This document shows positions 14,101 through 27,514 of a stretch of DNA of 64,000 bases, piece by piece; position 1 is the stretch's first letter, and the number at the start of each line of letters is the position of its first letter. The translations under genes were made by a program, and so were the position numbers. The DNA comes from Tubiluchus corallicola (lineage: Eukaryota > Animalia > Priapulida). A model generated the notes under the pieces. The model made no database searches, was not told the origin of the DNA, and saw nothing but the letters and a program-made list of their open reading frames with translations. The stretch spans positions 736,910 through 800,909 of the forward strand of contig JAQGDQ010000054.1 of NCBI GenBank assembly GCA_030141605.1, in the 5' to 3' direction.

Positions 14101-16711
14101 TGTGTTGAAATACGTGCTAATTTGGTTTACAATAAATAGTAAAATAATGGTATTTCTCAAAGAATAGTTATATTGATAAAGAAAAGATATTCTAGTTTAT
14201 TTAAAAAAAATGCCATAATTTTACTTCAAGCTATGTAAAAATCGCTAATATGTATCAGGAGTAAAATATTCAAGACGAGTGGAGGCGAGTTAGAGGGTGG
14301 CTCCGTCTGATGGGGACCCATAATTTCATTTGCCTAGGGACTCCAAAAGGTCATAACCCGGCCCTGACTACAAAGTCCCCCTGACAACATGCCTTTGCTT
14401 TTCAAGTGTACTGAACATTTACTCAAAAAACATATGTTCATTGTGGAACGAATCATATATTTTTGAAATAAAGTTTGATCAGAAAGGACATGCGGAAGGA
14501 ATGGAACCATAAGAATAAATTTTGATCCATGTATGATGATGCAATTTTGATGCACACTGACCTTAACAAATGACCATCCGGACTACTCCCAATTCCGTTG
14601 ATGTGCTCACCTCCATTTCCACAAACTGATTAAGCAACTAACACTAGATTACAAACTAACATTTAGGACAACTTGTGTTGGACTGGTCGGTAACTAATGG
14701 GCTAGAAACAGAACATGTCTTAATCAGCGAAAGACTGTTTGGAACATATATATCTACATATAACTTACTGCATATGTATGCTGTTTGTATGTAGTTTGTA
14801 CTGTGTGTTTTCAGTATCTGTATGTTTCATTGTTGAAATTGTAATTGTTTAGTAATTTATTGTACAGGTATCTGTTCAAAGGTACTAATAAATATGAAAT
14901 GTGTTCCTTTGGAATAACATAATGTTCCAAAGGAACATTTTTATTCAGGCTCACTTCCAATTTTTCGCATTTGCTGTCTTTCGGACAAGTTTGGTTTAAA
15001 AATTTTATTGCCCCTGTTTTGCTTATCCAAACAGTGCTGACTATTAATCTTCAAATTTTGCATTCCACACTCCACCCATTTCTGGGCAGTGGTGATTACG
15101 TAAGATCTTTAACCCATGAATTAGCGCCTTACTGGTGTCGAGCGAGAAACTCCACAAGTGGGACGTAGCCTCCCGTAGGCCTAGCTAGTAAGCGTATGTA
15201 TGTAAGTGTATCTACTAACTCATAAATACTGCCTGGCAAAAAGTTTCAGCCTTATTTGGCTGTAAATAGGCTTTACATCCTAATTATTAAAAATTTAGGT
15301 TTAAAAAATGATAAAACTTTTCTTAATATGTTATAATAAAGTAAGAATAAACGTTCTTAACATTTTATTTTCCCAGCTGTAGTCTTGTAAACTTCCTTAA
15401 GTCATAATAGGCAGAGGCTTTAAATTTCATTACACTTAATTTATGGCTGTGCATTGAGAAAAATCTCAGGTATGTATAAAAATTGCACATATATATGGAT
15501 AGAAAATTAATTTTCTATAAATTAATAGGTTTCTTAGTACTTTTATTTTTCAAGCCTTTGTTTTGTAAACTTGCCATTGGTTGTACAAATGTCTTTAAAT
15601 TTTGTTACGCTTAATTTATAAATACATATTGAAAAAAACTGAGGAATGTTTATAGAAGAAAGACCCTGCTTCAGTAGTTTTATGATAATTATTCTCCTCA
15701 GTGTTAAGTTGATTTTTTACAGTATAAAGTTAATTAAAAGGATATAACAAGAATTTTAATAAAGTCTCTGGTAACATACGTAATTTGTGGCAAGACTGCC
15801 AGTCAAATTGAAAAATTCATCGTCTTGCCCGAAAAATAACCCTGGGGGATGTTTGTTGCGTACTCTAGAAATGTCACTTAAAACGCATAAATTTCAAATA
15901 TTTGCACAAAAAGTAGAACGGCAGAGTTCAGAAAAATGGCGGCGAAAGTTTCTGTCATGTTTTTCAACAAAATGCAAAGACTGCCTGAAAAAGCGACGTT
16001 AGCAATTTTTTCTTAAATCTTCAGTTTAAAAGATTTCGGTCAGGCAACACATCACATGTTGTCAAGTTGTCAAGGCATTAGTGTGCGACCTATATCCATC
16101 ATAATTAACTAATACATTTTCTCTTCGCTAAGGAACTAATTACACACAATTACGCCGAAGCTAATTTGGATCCTCGTTTGAAACAGCAACGTTACTGCAA
16201 AAAAAGACCTAAGAAACGCAACCAATTATTCAACAACAGTCTAGAAAGGTTCCATTTTTAGTTGAAGTGATTTAATTGGAATGTGCTTCTGTCAAGTGTC
16301 GAAGCTTTGAAAAACATGAAAAGTGATGTAATGAACAAGCCAAATATTTTACCTCTTCCATGAGATGATACAAAACTAAATATAATTCAAACGGAATTTC
16401 TCATTTCACCAACTACTAATCACCAAGTGAGATTATTCTCTTTACTTATCAATTTATTTACTTATTTATTTGCCATCAATTTCAACTTGTTGATGTTATT
16501 TGTTTCAATACTTACTGATTTCAATGACATTGACAAATTTTTGATGAATCTTTTGGAAGAAGCAAGCACAATTATTTGCTGAATATAACTTTTTAGATTT
16601 TGTAGCTGTTGGTTTTGTGATCTTTGAATGTTGAATTGCTATTCATATTACATCTTGTAGTACTATAATAACTAAGCTAACTTATTAATTTTCATTATCT
16701 TTTCGTTTCAG

Positions 16712-17485
16712 AGTCTTAGCGTACTACACTGCAATGGTCAAAACTTATTCCAGCAAGTAACACAACAGTTATTTGGAAGCAGAAGAGGGCGACTGACTGG
16801 TGGGTTACCAGGCATACGTGGCCGTCCAGGCTCAGCAAATTTGCAGGTGTTAAGGGGTGGTCCATCCAGATTACCCCAACAAAGACGTGAACAGTTGCAA
16901 GGACGTCAGTTTGCTTCTATACCTCAACAAACAGAGGGAGATCTGCAATTTCTAGCGCCTCCTGCAGCAGCACGTCAAGCACCACAGAGGCGAGGAGCGA
17001 GCAGGGCGAGGGGACCCGGGAGAAGTCGAGGTATACAAGGACGAGGATTATCTGGAGGAAGACCAGGAAGGGCACAGGCGCGAACGACAGGGGGAGGTTT
17101 TGGAAGAGGGCAGGTAAACGTTCCATCGAGAGCGATAAGGCAACGGCCAAAAAAGCAAAGGCAACGGTCAGGACGACCTGGCCGTAGTCCTCAGCTATCG
17201 CGGGCAAACAGCCAAGGGCAGGCGCCTCGAAGTAGACGAAGGTTATCATTACGTCAGCCACGCCAGAACCTTCAACAGGCAAATGCTGACGCCCCAGGAA
17301 GTGAACAGGTCAGACAAGGGGGTCGTAGAGGTAGAGGGTCTCGCCGGCTTCGCGGATTGGGTTCTGGAGAACCACAACTTGCAGCCGGGCCACAAGGGAG
17401 ACCACAACTTCCAGGTGGCCCACAAGCAATAAGTGATACTGCAGAAGACAATTCACCACCATTATCCATACAAGATGCCACAGGC
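16712..17485 (+). CDS. Gene 1 exon: end of signal peptide plus Arg/Gly-rich basic low-complexity block (258 aa)
   Basis: Acceptor tttcgtttcAG (16710-16711). In frame with ORF 16841-17509. Donor GGC|GTAAGT at 17486, phase 0. Confidence 0.85.
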
Positions 17486-17744
17486 GTAAGTTATGAAAAC
17501 AATAGGTAACCTCTAGTGCCTGTAAGTAACGTGCACTTTCAATTAGAATTACGTTACGTTTTTATTGAAATGTTAATTGATTCATGAGAACTAAATACCA
17601 AAATCATCAGGAGCTTGAAAACATTTTCAAAAAATGCACCACAACGTCTTGAACAAGCAGAGAAGCTGCTAAAATACTGCGTATTTCCTTTTGAGGGAAA
17701 CGCGAGAATCATGCTACGCAAATGAATGAAATTTTTTATTTTCT

Positions 17745-18960
17745 AGATTAGATTTAGATTAGATTTATTATATACAATGTTAATGTGTAAAGTACATACA
17801 GAATAATATTTAAGATACAAAATTTATAAATCATCAAAACATGGAGACAAATCAAGTCAACACTATAAGAAAACTTGAACAGTGTTAACTTAATAAATGG
17901 CATGAATTAACAGGAAAAAACACAATTTAAAGAAAGAAAAAAAAGTGGTGATGAAAACACAAAAATGAGAAAATGGATGAAAGTTGTTGATGAGAATAAC
18001 ATATGGATGATTTAAATGTCGAATCTCAAGATTAAAAGAAAAAAACACAGACAATGCAGGGCAGGTGACGATTATGTATGTACAAACTCTTACACTTATA
18101 ATCTCATACACATTCACTTGCTCACACACTCACATATAATGCAAACAATTCATTCATGCACACATATTGCATACATACACATACAAATGAATAACACACG
18201 CTCAAAAGTTCGTATACAAACACTTACTCATACACCCACACACGATGTTATCAGTCATTCTGTCATGCACACAAGTATATTTATTTTTTTAATTATGTAC
18301 TAAATTATGTGAGTATGTACTAGAAATATTTTTTTCAAATTTTTTGAAAGATGTGAATCGAGTTAGCAAGTTTTAAGCCGTTGGGTAGCAAATTCCAAGT
18401 TTTAGGTCGAGTATTAGAAATGAATTGTTTTCCAACATCGGTTCTTCCCTGAATAATACTATATTAATTAAATCGAATATTATAGACTTTATTGTTTATT
18501 TTAACAGGGTTGTCAAAAAAAACGTGGGAAAAAGTTGGAAGTGAGTTTTAAAAATAAAAATTGAAACCTTATAATGTACTAAATCATCAAAAGTTTACGG
18601 TTTAAAAAGTGGGAGTTATTAATTTCTGCACGTTTAGGGAGGTTTTATACATTTCTGAAAAATTTTCTTTGCAGTCTTTTAAGATTCATTATATTACTAG
18701 TGTAAATTGAACGCCAAAGGATAACTGAATACCTTAAATAAGAAAGTATTAGTGAATTATATAGTGTAGCTAACAAGGTACCAGACAGACTTTGTCTAAT
18801 ATGGAAAATTACTCCAACATTTTTGCAATTTTTGTGTTAATCATATTAATATGAGAATTCCAGCAAATTTTCATTAATTATCACCTCAAGAAACTTAATT
18901 TGGGAAACACGCTCAATGTAAGTATTGTCAATTATAAGCTGAATATTTGTTGGAAGAGGT
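17745..18960 (-). mobile_element. Decayed 3' fragment of a CR1/L2-type LINE in an intron of gene 1
   Basis: Minus-strand translation with frameshifts gives YIERVSQIKFLEVIINENL/WNSHINMINTKIAKNVGVIFHIRQSL...LYNSLILSYLRYSVILW (~18715-18920) and ...PKTWNLLPNGLK... (~18370-18410). These match the RT domain 7/thumb and C-terminal motifs of CR1/L2-group ORF2. A TTAGAT-like tandem run at ~17745-17767 may be its 3' tail. Boundaries are approximate. Confidence 0.7.
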
Positions 18961-19691
18961 TTATTTCTATTTCTGGGTCTATTTCTATTTCTGTTCTGTT
19001 CCTACACTGCACTCCTTCGCTCTCAGACAAGTTTTACCATAGCAGACGCCAGTAGAACTTCTAGAACTGCTTGGTTCATGACGTTGTGAGGTTTTGAAGC
19101 GTGGTTTTTAAACCTTTTTCAAATATTTGTTGGTTCCTGTAACGGTGTCAGCTTCTTTCGCAGAAATGGATTTCTCACTTTCAACTCTAATGAGAAAGTA
19201 ATGAGTTTTAAAATATTCACTTAACCTAATTTACAAAATTTTCACCAATTTTTTGTTTCTCTTTTATTTACTTGCTGTAGAAACAGAACTAAAACGAGAT
19301 TGTGCACTTCATTATAGGATTTAACTGATTTAATTTTCTGATAGACCAGGAGGCAGGGTGTTAATTATAATTTGTTTGGTCGACATGATCGATTAAGGCG
19401 ATTTTGCAAGAGCAAGATCTTGCGAAAAACCTAGGTACTAATAACAGTGTGGTCAGTACTGTCACACTGTAAAATCCGCATCACCATTTGTCAGTACAGA
19501 GGAACACTGTGCTAACAATACCAGTAACAAGTGTAGTAGACTCACAATTAATTTTCACTGTAAATTGCAGCATCAACGAGAACAATTGGTAGACTTCTCT
19601 TACGTAGGTTGATTACTGTCCCCGTCTTGGCCATTGCCTTATCGCTCTCGATGGAATATTCGCTGTAAAGTAAGATCTGTCTATTTTGCAG

Positions 19692-20132
19692 GGTGATTCA
19701 GGTGATTCTGCAGCGGCAGCACCAGCACCAGCACCAGCAGCACCAGCGGCAGCAGCACAAGCTGCACCAGCAGCTGAAACGCCTTCACCAGAAGATCTGC
19801 AAAACATTCAGCAGTTGCTTGGCGCTATTTCAACAGATCAGCGTTTTGACCCAGGCCAATTTTTTGATACAGGACCGTTTGAATTTGGAGGCCAAATCGG
19901 GCCATTTTTTAGTAGCTTCGGGCAAAGTCAAGGTCAATCAGATCAAGGAGAATCTGGTTCAGGTCAAGCCCCACAAAACATTGTAAACTTTCCAGACTTA
20001 GGTTTTTTCCGAAACTTACCACAGAGTCCTGCTACGGCGCAAGCGCAAAGTGGGCCACCGCCACAAGCTGCAAGTGCGGCACCCTCACAAACTGACGATA
20101 GTGAGGGAGATGCCCCACCTCAGAGTATTCAG
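19692..20132 (+). CDS. Gene 1 exon: Ala/Pro then acidic Phe/Gly/Gln block (147 aa)
   Basis: Acceptor tattttgcAG (19690-19691). Frame of ORF 19686. Donor CAG|GTAAGG at 20133. Phase 0 at both ends. Confidence 0.85.
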
Positions 20133-20184
20133 GTAAGGTTTAACCAGAGAGGTGGCGACAATGAGGAGATGAGACGTGTAAGAA

Positions 20185-21263
<1,079 letters not shown>

Positions 21264-21315
21264 TTTTTCTTATTTCAATTTACTTTGATTACTAGGATAA
21301 CTGTTTTTTCAATAG

Positions 21316-21477
21316 CAAGGTCCAGCGTTTCCACAATTTGGCCCAGGACGAGATGGTTTATTTGGACTGCCGGGTGGATTCCTGCAAGCATTAGGTGGCC
21401 CAAGAGGGCCTAGAGAAGGAGGATTTTCACCGTTTGGTGGTCCATTTAACGCACCTACTCAAGGACAGGCTCCACAG
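21316..21477 (+). CDS. Gene 1 exon: Gly/Pro/Phe-rich 54 aa (QGPAFPQFGPGRDGLFGLPGGFLQALGGPRGPREGGFSPFGGPFNAPTQGQAPQ), not in the ORF track
   Basis: Acceptor ttttttcaatAG (21314-21315), 162-nt open frame, donor CAG|GTAACA at 21478. Phase 0/0, and composition matches the neighbouring exons. Confidence 0.8.
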
Positions 21478-22382
21478 GTAACAAAGCTCTATGTTAAGAC
21501 TAAAACGTTACGTCATGTAATGTAATATAATATTATATTGTGTTTTATAATGTGCTTAAATCAAACTGTCTGTAGTTCATTTAAAGGGGAGGAAAAGGGC
21601 AATTTTAAAGTACGTCCCAAAAAACTTTCCACACAGAATTATATTACTTAACATTACGCTTTCCTGTTTGAAATACTTCTGAGGCTAGAAAAGAACATGC
21701 TTATTAATTCAAAATGTTCGCGCCCTACTGTAATATGTAACTAACTCACCTTACCAGGGTGTGCACTACTGTCACACCAGAAAAAACCTATTTGTAATAT
21801 CATTGACAGAATGAAGTAATTTATACTTTTGCTTAGTTAGCCAAGAGCGTGATGCGAATGTTCTGATTTTTTTTTCAAATTTTAAGCAAACTTTTACCTA
21901 ATATTATTTCAAACGATCTACCATCAAATGGCTGCTCCTAACAGTTAATCGCGGAAGTTTAAATTTGAGGTTTTATACAGCGTTGCTGCTGATACGAGCT
22001 CTGTGTACAATAAGGGAGTACGTAGGTGATACAAAATTCCAAGACAAATTTTTAAATTTATTTACGAAGAGTGTTTTTTTGTACTTCAAGATCTTGCCAG
22101 TTTTCATTGACACAGTCATGTTTCGTTGACACTCATATGAAAGAAAACGCGGTATTATACAACTCTCTAAACGTTTATTTTTCTAGACTTATTTTGCACT
22201 TATGGTTCTTTTTTCAAAAATAACTGTTGGTTTTGTCTTTAAGACTAACGCTGCTGTACTAGCTCTGAAGAGGTAAGAGTTAACCACCTTCACACTAGAG
22301 TAAACTACTTTCGTATTACAGTTGAACTACTGGGTCAGTGTCTTCAAATTAGCGCTAACTTATATACATTAATATTTCATAG

Positions 22383-23732
22383 CAGGCAGCTGATAACCAA
22401 GAGCCAAGTTTTAGTGATGCTCCTCAAAGTATTGAAGAACCAGAGCAGCAGCCACAACAACCAGCTATCACTGTCAATCAAGCGCCGCCACCAGATCCTT
22501 CACGGTTTCTGGGTGAAGACCAATTTAATCGATTAGGAAATTTTGGGCAGGAGTTTGCTCCACGACCATTTAGTGGTGGACCACCACAGTTAGAGACACA
22601 GCTAGGCAGTCAACAAGACGTGTCAGATGGTGGTCGACCACCTCTTCCAGGAAGGTTCATACAAGAGCCACAACAACTTCAACCGTTTCTCGCTAGGCAA
22701 GACCGGCAGCCTCCTCCTCAGCAATTAGGTCTACCTACAATAGCACGGCAACCACAAAGGCAACCGCAAGGTCCAGAAGATCAACTAATTCAAAGTTTTG
22801 GGGACGGTATAGGAGATGAAGCCAGTTTTTTCTCTGGCCAAAACTTTTTAGACGTTAACACTCCATTTGATTTTGAAGCACAAAGAGAAAGAATCCAATC
22901 TCTGCTGCCAGAAGAGGCAAAGCAAAACCAGGAAGCAGGGGGTAGCCAAGGACCAGTACCAGGAAGTGCTCCTCAGCGAAGGGGACCAGGTGCTGGCGTA
23001 CAAGAATTTGACGAAGATAGTATTCCTGAGAACATTCTAGCAAAAATTCCTGCAAGATTTGCAAATCCAATTCGAGAACGTCAGAGACGAAACCGTGAAA
23101 ATGCGGCTGCTCCCCCTCTACGGGCAATAAGGGAAGAACCACCACAGACAATTCAAGTAGCGGTACCACCATCTGAAACACAAGTACCACAGCAGCCACA
23201 GCCGTTACAACAGCCGCAGCCACCACAGTCAGTGCAACCAACTCAACAGCCTACTCTTGTAGTGAATGTCATTATGGGTCAACCGCAGCAACCTGTTGCC
23301 GACGAACAAGGACAACAATTGCAGATACTGACTTCACAAGAACAGCAACCTGTAGGTCAGGGTGTTGTTTCACAACAAGGACAATTTCTTCAGACGCAGC
23401 AACAGCAGCTACAACAACCGATTTCAGTACCACAGTCACAGCAGCCCATAAGACAAGCACAACAACCCTTGCTCATCAGAAATGTTCTTCAGCAGCCACA
23501 GCAACAACAATTGCAGCAGCAACAGCAACAGCAACAGCCAGTATTAATCAGAAATGCTCAACAACAACAACAAATAGCAGCTCGGCCAGATCTTGAATAT
23601 TTTGCACTTTCAAGGACAGACGGGCAGCAAGACATTATTGGAGTACCAAGGTCCAACAGGCAGCAAGTTTATGCTCTTCCGGGTCAAGGTGGAGTGCAAC
23701 AACTAATTTTGATACCACCAACAGGAAGTGGG
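22383..23732 (+). CDS. Gene 1 exon: Gln/Pro-rich block (450 aa)
   Basis: NAGNAG acceptor (catAG CAG; exon start 22383 or 22386). In frame with ORF 22620. Donor GGG|GTAAGT at 23733, phase 0. Confidence 0.85.
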
Positions 23733-24469
23733 GTAAGTTATCCAAATAAGAGGCTCTGGCAGTTATCTCCAGTCCATGATGATTATTAATTATTAATCCA
23801 CTGCTAGAAAGTTGTCGTGCAATATCTTTGCAAGATAATTTACTTGCTGCGTTAATAAAGAAATCCATTACTTTAATTAAAGCAGTGATACGCATTTAAT
23901 AACTAGAGTGAGTTGGTATGAACTTTTCATTCCTTGAATAAACTGGTTGGAATGTGTTAAGCCTTTGATCTAAATTTGAATCAATATGGTATTTACTGAA
24001 ATCCTTTAGAAGTTGTTAACAAACAGAAGTATGGTGAAGTATCTTTGCAATTGAGAAATCAAAGAGGGCTCCCAACGCTTGCTTCTGAAATTTTTTAGAT
24101 TTTAGAACAACTAGAATGGAAACCACAACAACGCCTAAGGAAGATCTATTTAACGGGAACATTTTAGGGTTATGTTGGGAAAGTGCATAACCGGGCTGTA
24201 TTACTTAACCGGTCTGCGTACATAGCATGTTTAAGCAAAGTTTCAGCTTTCTGCGATGAAACAGTGGCTTACGATAGTTTTCAATGACAAATGTAATTCC
24301 AATGTCGTGCACTTCGTGATGAATTTAAAAATGAATCCATCAATAACATGTTTACCCTGGTACATGTAGTACTACAAATATTAGTTTCAGTATTTCTAAC
24401 AGCTAAACGTGCATTTACATTTACTTCTTCACAAATTCTTGTAAATTTTATGATATATTTTTTTATTAG

Positions 24470-24754
24470 CGACCACCTCAGTTAATTCAAGGCCCTCCTC
24501 CACCACAACAACAAATTCAACCACAGCAGCAGCAACTGCAACAAGGTCAGCCACAACAACAACCACAACAACCAGTTCTTGTGCTAGTGCCAAGACGAGC
24601 AGATGATCAACCACAACAGCAACTGCAACAACAGCAGGAACAACGACAGCAGCAACGACTACAGCAGCAACTACTGCAGCAACAACAACAGCAGCAGTTG
24701 CAACAACAACAACAACAGCAGCAGCTGTTGCAACAGCAACAACGGCAACAACAG
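24470..24754 (+). CDS. Gene 1 exon: polyQ-rich block (95 aa)
   Basis: Acceptor tttttttattAG (24468-24469). In frame with ORF 24581. Donor CAG|GTACAT at 24755, phase 0. Confidence 0.8.
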
Positions 24755-25552
24755 GTACATATGTGTATTAAGAAATAGCAGCATTGGTGATGGTGAATTA
24801 TGAAAATAATGATGATAGTGATGACTGTTGACGACAATGAGGATAATGAGGGTGACGAAGAAAATGAAGACAATAACTAAAATTACAATGAAATAATGAT
24901 GATGATGATAATTAGTGCACTAAAGATGAGTAAGAACGTTTAATTCATTAACCAATTAATGTGTATTGTTTATCAAGCTACCGTTAATATATTTCTTTCA
25001 CCTTGAGAATTACTTCTGCATCTGGCATATAATTTCAATATTTTTAACTGTGTTATACTAAAATGTACTGAAGTGAGAATGACGCTTGATTTTCCTTCAA
25101 ACGCCTCCAACAACTTCTTATAAGTGCTTTAAAATGACGTAAAGCGTTATCAGATCAGAAATACACTTCAATTACAGATCCAGTTAGTTTTGAGCGAACG
25201 GAACATCTAACCAGCATTCTTAAGATCCTAGAATCATTTCCCGATTAGAAATTTTCTCTGTTGTATTAAAAATTTAAATTTTTCCAAGCACAAATGACAC
25301 AAATTATGCAATAAAATGTTGTTGTTTACGTGAGTTAGATAACTTTAAGTCCACTTGTTGTTCTTCAGGCTATGCTGTTAATTGCATTGACATTAGTTGA
25401 TAATGTGTTGATAACAAAAACTAGTGTTAATCATTTAACTGAATGGTTTGTAACAATGTTTTTTTTTAGATTTTAGAATTTTTTAGAATATATTCCAGTA
25501 TTCTAAAAGCAAACAGTTTATTCAGAATCTATATTCTGCATTATTTTTTCAG

Positions 25553-26968
25553 CTGGTAATACCCCAACAACAAAGACAAGTCCCACAATTCCAACAATCT
25601 GCACTACCCATTCGGACAGAACAACAACAGTCACCCCAAACTCAGGCAATCATTCAGCAAGGTGTTCCAGAATTTCAACAGCAGCAGCGGATTAACCAAG
25701 GTCAAATAAGCAATCAGTTGGAGCGTGGACCAGGTGGACAACAATCTCTACAGACTCGCCAAGGTCAAGCATTTCAGCAAGGTCCTCAACAACTACCTAT
25801 TGTAAACACAAGAGTCCAAACACAGCAAGTCCTCCAGCAACCACAAACACCATCAAGAGGACCACAACAATTTGTCCAAGGACCTCAACAACAACAACAG
25901 CAACAACAGCGATTTCTGCCGTTGAACAGACAACTTATTTCACAAGGTCCTCAGCAACCTCAAATCGTAACAAGAGGGCAGCAACAAGTACAACTTCCAC
26001 AAGGACAGTCAGTACCTCAGCGAGGTACCCAACAACTACCGATTGTAATAGGTGGACAAACTCAAACTCAGCAACAATTTCAACAAGAGCAAACAGCTCC
26101 TCAACAAAATTCTCAACGAGTTTTTTTCAGCGGTTCCCAACAACCACAATTTAGGCAGCCACAGACTGGACAGAGTCAATCGCCACTTATTAATGTACAG
26201 TCGCCTCAAGCAAGAGTACAGCAGCAACAGCAACAGCAGTTGCAGTTTGGGCCATTGCCGCCATCACAAGGTGAGACATCAATAACTAGTCCTAAAGACT
26301 TAGTTCCACTTCCCCGTGATTTGGGACAATCACCTCCTGGTGAATCAAACCAAGAAAAATCAAATGACGATGTGATAGCTGACATTTTCTCAAAGGTAAA
26401 TCCATTCAATATAAAGGACCAGGTAAACAGAGGTGTATTTGCTGTTGACGCCGTGGCAAGTGCCAATAACAGAATTCAAGAAGTGAAAAACTTCAGGCCT
26501 CCTTTGGAGCTCACTGAACTAAGAGCCCTTCGAGATGAGATTGTCGACCAAGGTCGCGTTGAAGTTCCTCAAATTAACATAGGGGCGCCTAATGTTGCAG
26601 AGTTGCGCCGCAACACAGCAGTGCAAGCACCGTCGTTGCCTACACAACGAGACACTGCTGACCGCTCTTCTGTAGAAGATATCTTTAGCCGAACCGATCA
26701 AATAATTGAAAGAAATGATGGTCGACAAGGAATAGTCACGTTCGGTACGCCTTCACAAAACAATCAGTCACCTCAGCCTCCTCCTCCTAATCAACAGCAA
26801 ATACAGAGCATTCAGGTGCGACAGATACCTGTGATACAGTCGGGTCAACAAGAAACCCAAACTCAGTCCGAAAGTGGCCAATTGATTATTATACAAAATC
26901 CTCAACAACAGCAACCTCAGCAGCAACGTCAACAGCAAGTTCTCACGTTCCCACAACCGCAAACTTAG
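25553..26968 (+). CDS. Gene 1 last coding exon: Gln/Pro-rich repeats and a more complex acidic segment (471 aa plus TAG)
   Basis: Acceptor ttattttttcAG (25551-25552). In frame with ORF 25718-26968. Stop TAG, then AATAAA signals at 27496 and 27509. Confidence 0.85.
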   Translation: MVIPQQQRQVPQFQQSALPIRTEQQQSPQTQAIIQQGVPEFQQQQRINQGQISNQLERGPGGQQSLQTRQGQAFQQGPQQLPIVNTRVQTQQVLQQPQTPSRGPQQFVQGPQQQQQQQQRFLPLNRQLISQGPQQPQIVTRGQQQVQLPQGQSVPQRGTQQLPIVIGGQTQTQQQFQQEQTAPQQNSQRVFFSGSQQPQFRQPQTGQSQSPLINVQSPQARVQQQQQQQLQFGPLPPSQGETSITSPKDLVPLPRDLGQSPPGESNQEKSNDDVIADIFSKVNPFNIKDQVNRGVFAVDAVASANNRIQEVKNFRPPLELTELRALRDEIVDQGRVEVPQINIGAPNVAELRRNTAVQAPSLPTQRDTADRSSVEDIFSRTDQIIERNDGRQGIVTFGTPSQNNQSPQPPPPNQQQIQSIQVRQIPVIQSGQQETQTQSESGQLIIIQNPQQQQPQQQRQQQVLTFPQPQT

Positions 26969-27495
26969 CAACTACTAGTTTTACGAAAAAAGAGCTCGGT
27001 CAAATAATGCCATTGTGAATGGGCACGAAATTCAGGAATTTTATTTACCTTGTAAAGTTTGTTTTTTGTACTTTATACAAGAGTATTGCGAAGATAAAAA
27101 ACTACTGTCTTTGGCTTTTTTCTGTAACAACAAAAACATCCAAGAAGACAAAATTTTAGTTTGGCGTTGTGGAAATGTCTAAGCTGTTGATAGCTGCTAA
27201 GAGCTGGTAAAGCTGAAATGTTAACTAGTTTTTAATTATATTTGTTTGTATGTCATTTTTGCATACCGTCATTGGTCAACGCCAAACTAAAATAGTGCTT
27301 TTGGTTTGTTTTCAGAGGCAGATGACAATAACGAAGAAATGAATGAACAAGACCCACCATTCGTGTAAATATCGTGAGACAAAGTATCGTCATCCTCATC
27401 GCCGCTGTCAGAAAATAATACCAACGCATCGAATTTGCATTCATCAGTCATCCTTGTATGAAATTTAATTGTATGCTCATATTAATATAATATAC

Positions 27496-27514
27496 AATAA
27501 ACGTCGGGAAATAA
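27496..27514 (+). terminator. Tandem polyadenylation signals of gene 1
   Basis: AATAAA at 27496-27501 and 27509-27514, ~530 nt after the stop codon. Confidence 0.5.

Noticed and set aside
13997-14366. Possible hAT-type MITE (right end CCGGCCCTG)
   Set aside because: The left terminal repeat is too degenerate and there is no 8-bp target-site duplication.
24603-24873. Cys-rich (metallothionein-like) and Asn-rich ORFs
   Set aside because: They are antisense and alternate-frame shadows of the CAA/CAG polyQ exon.
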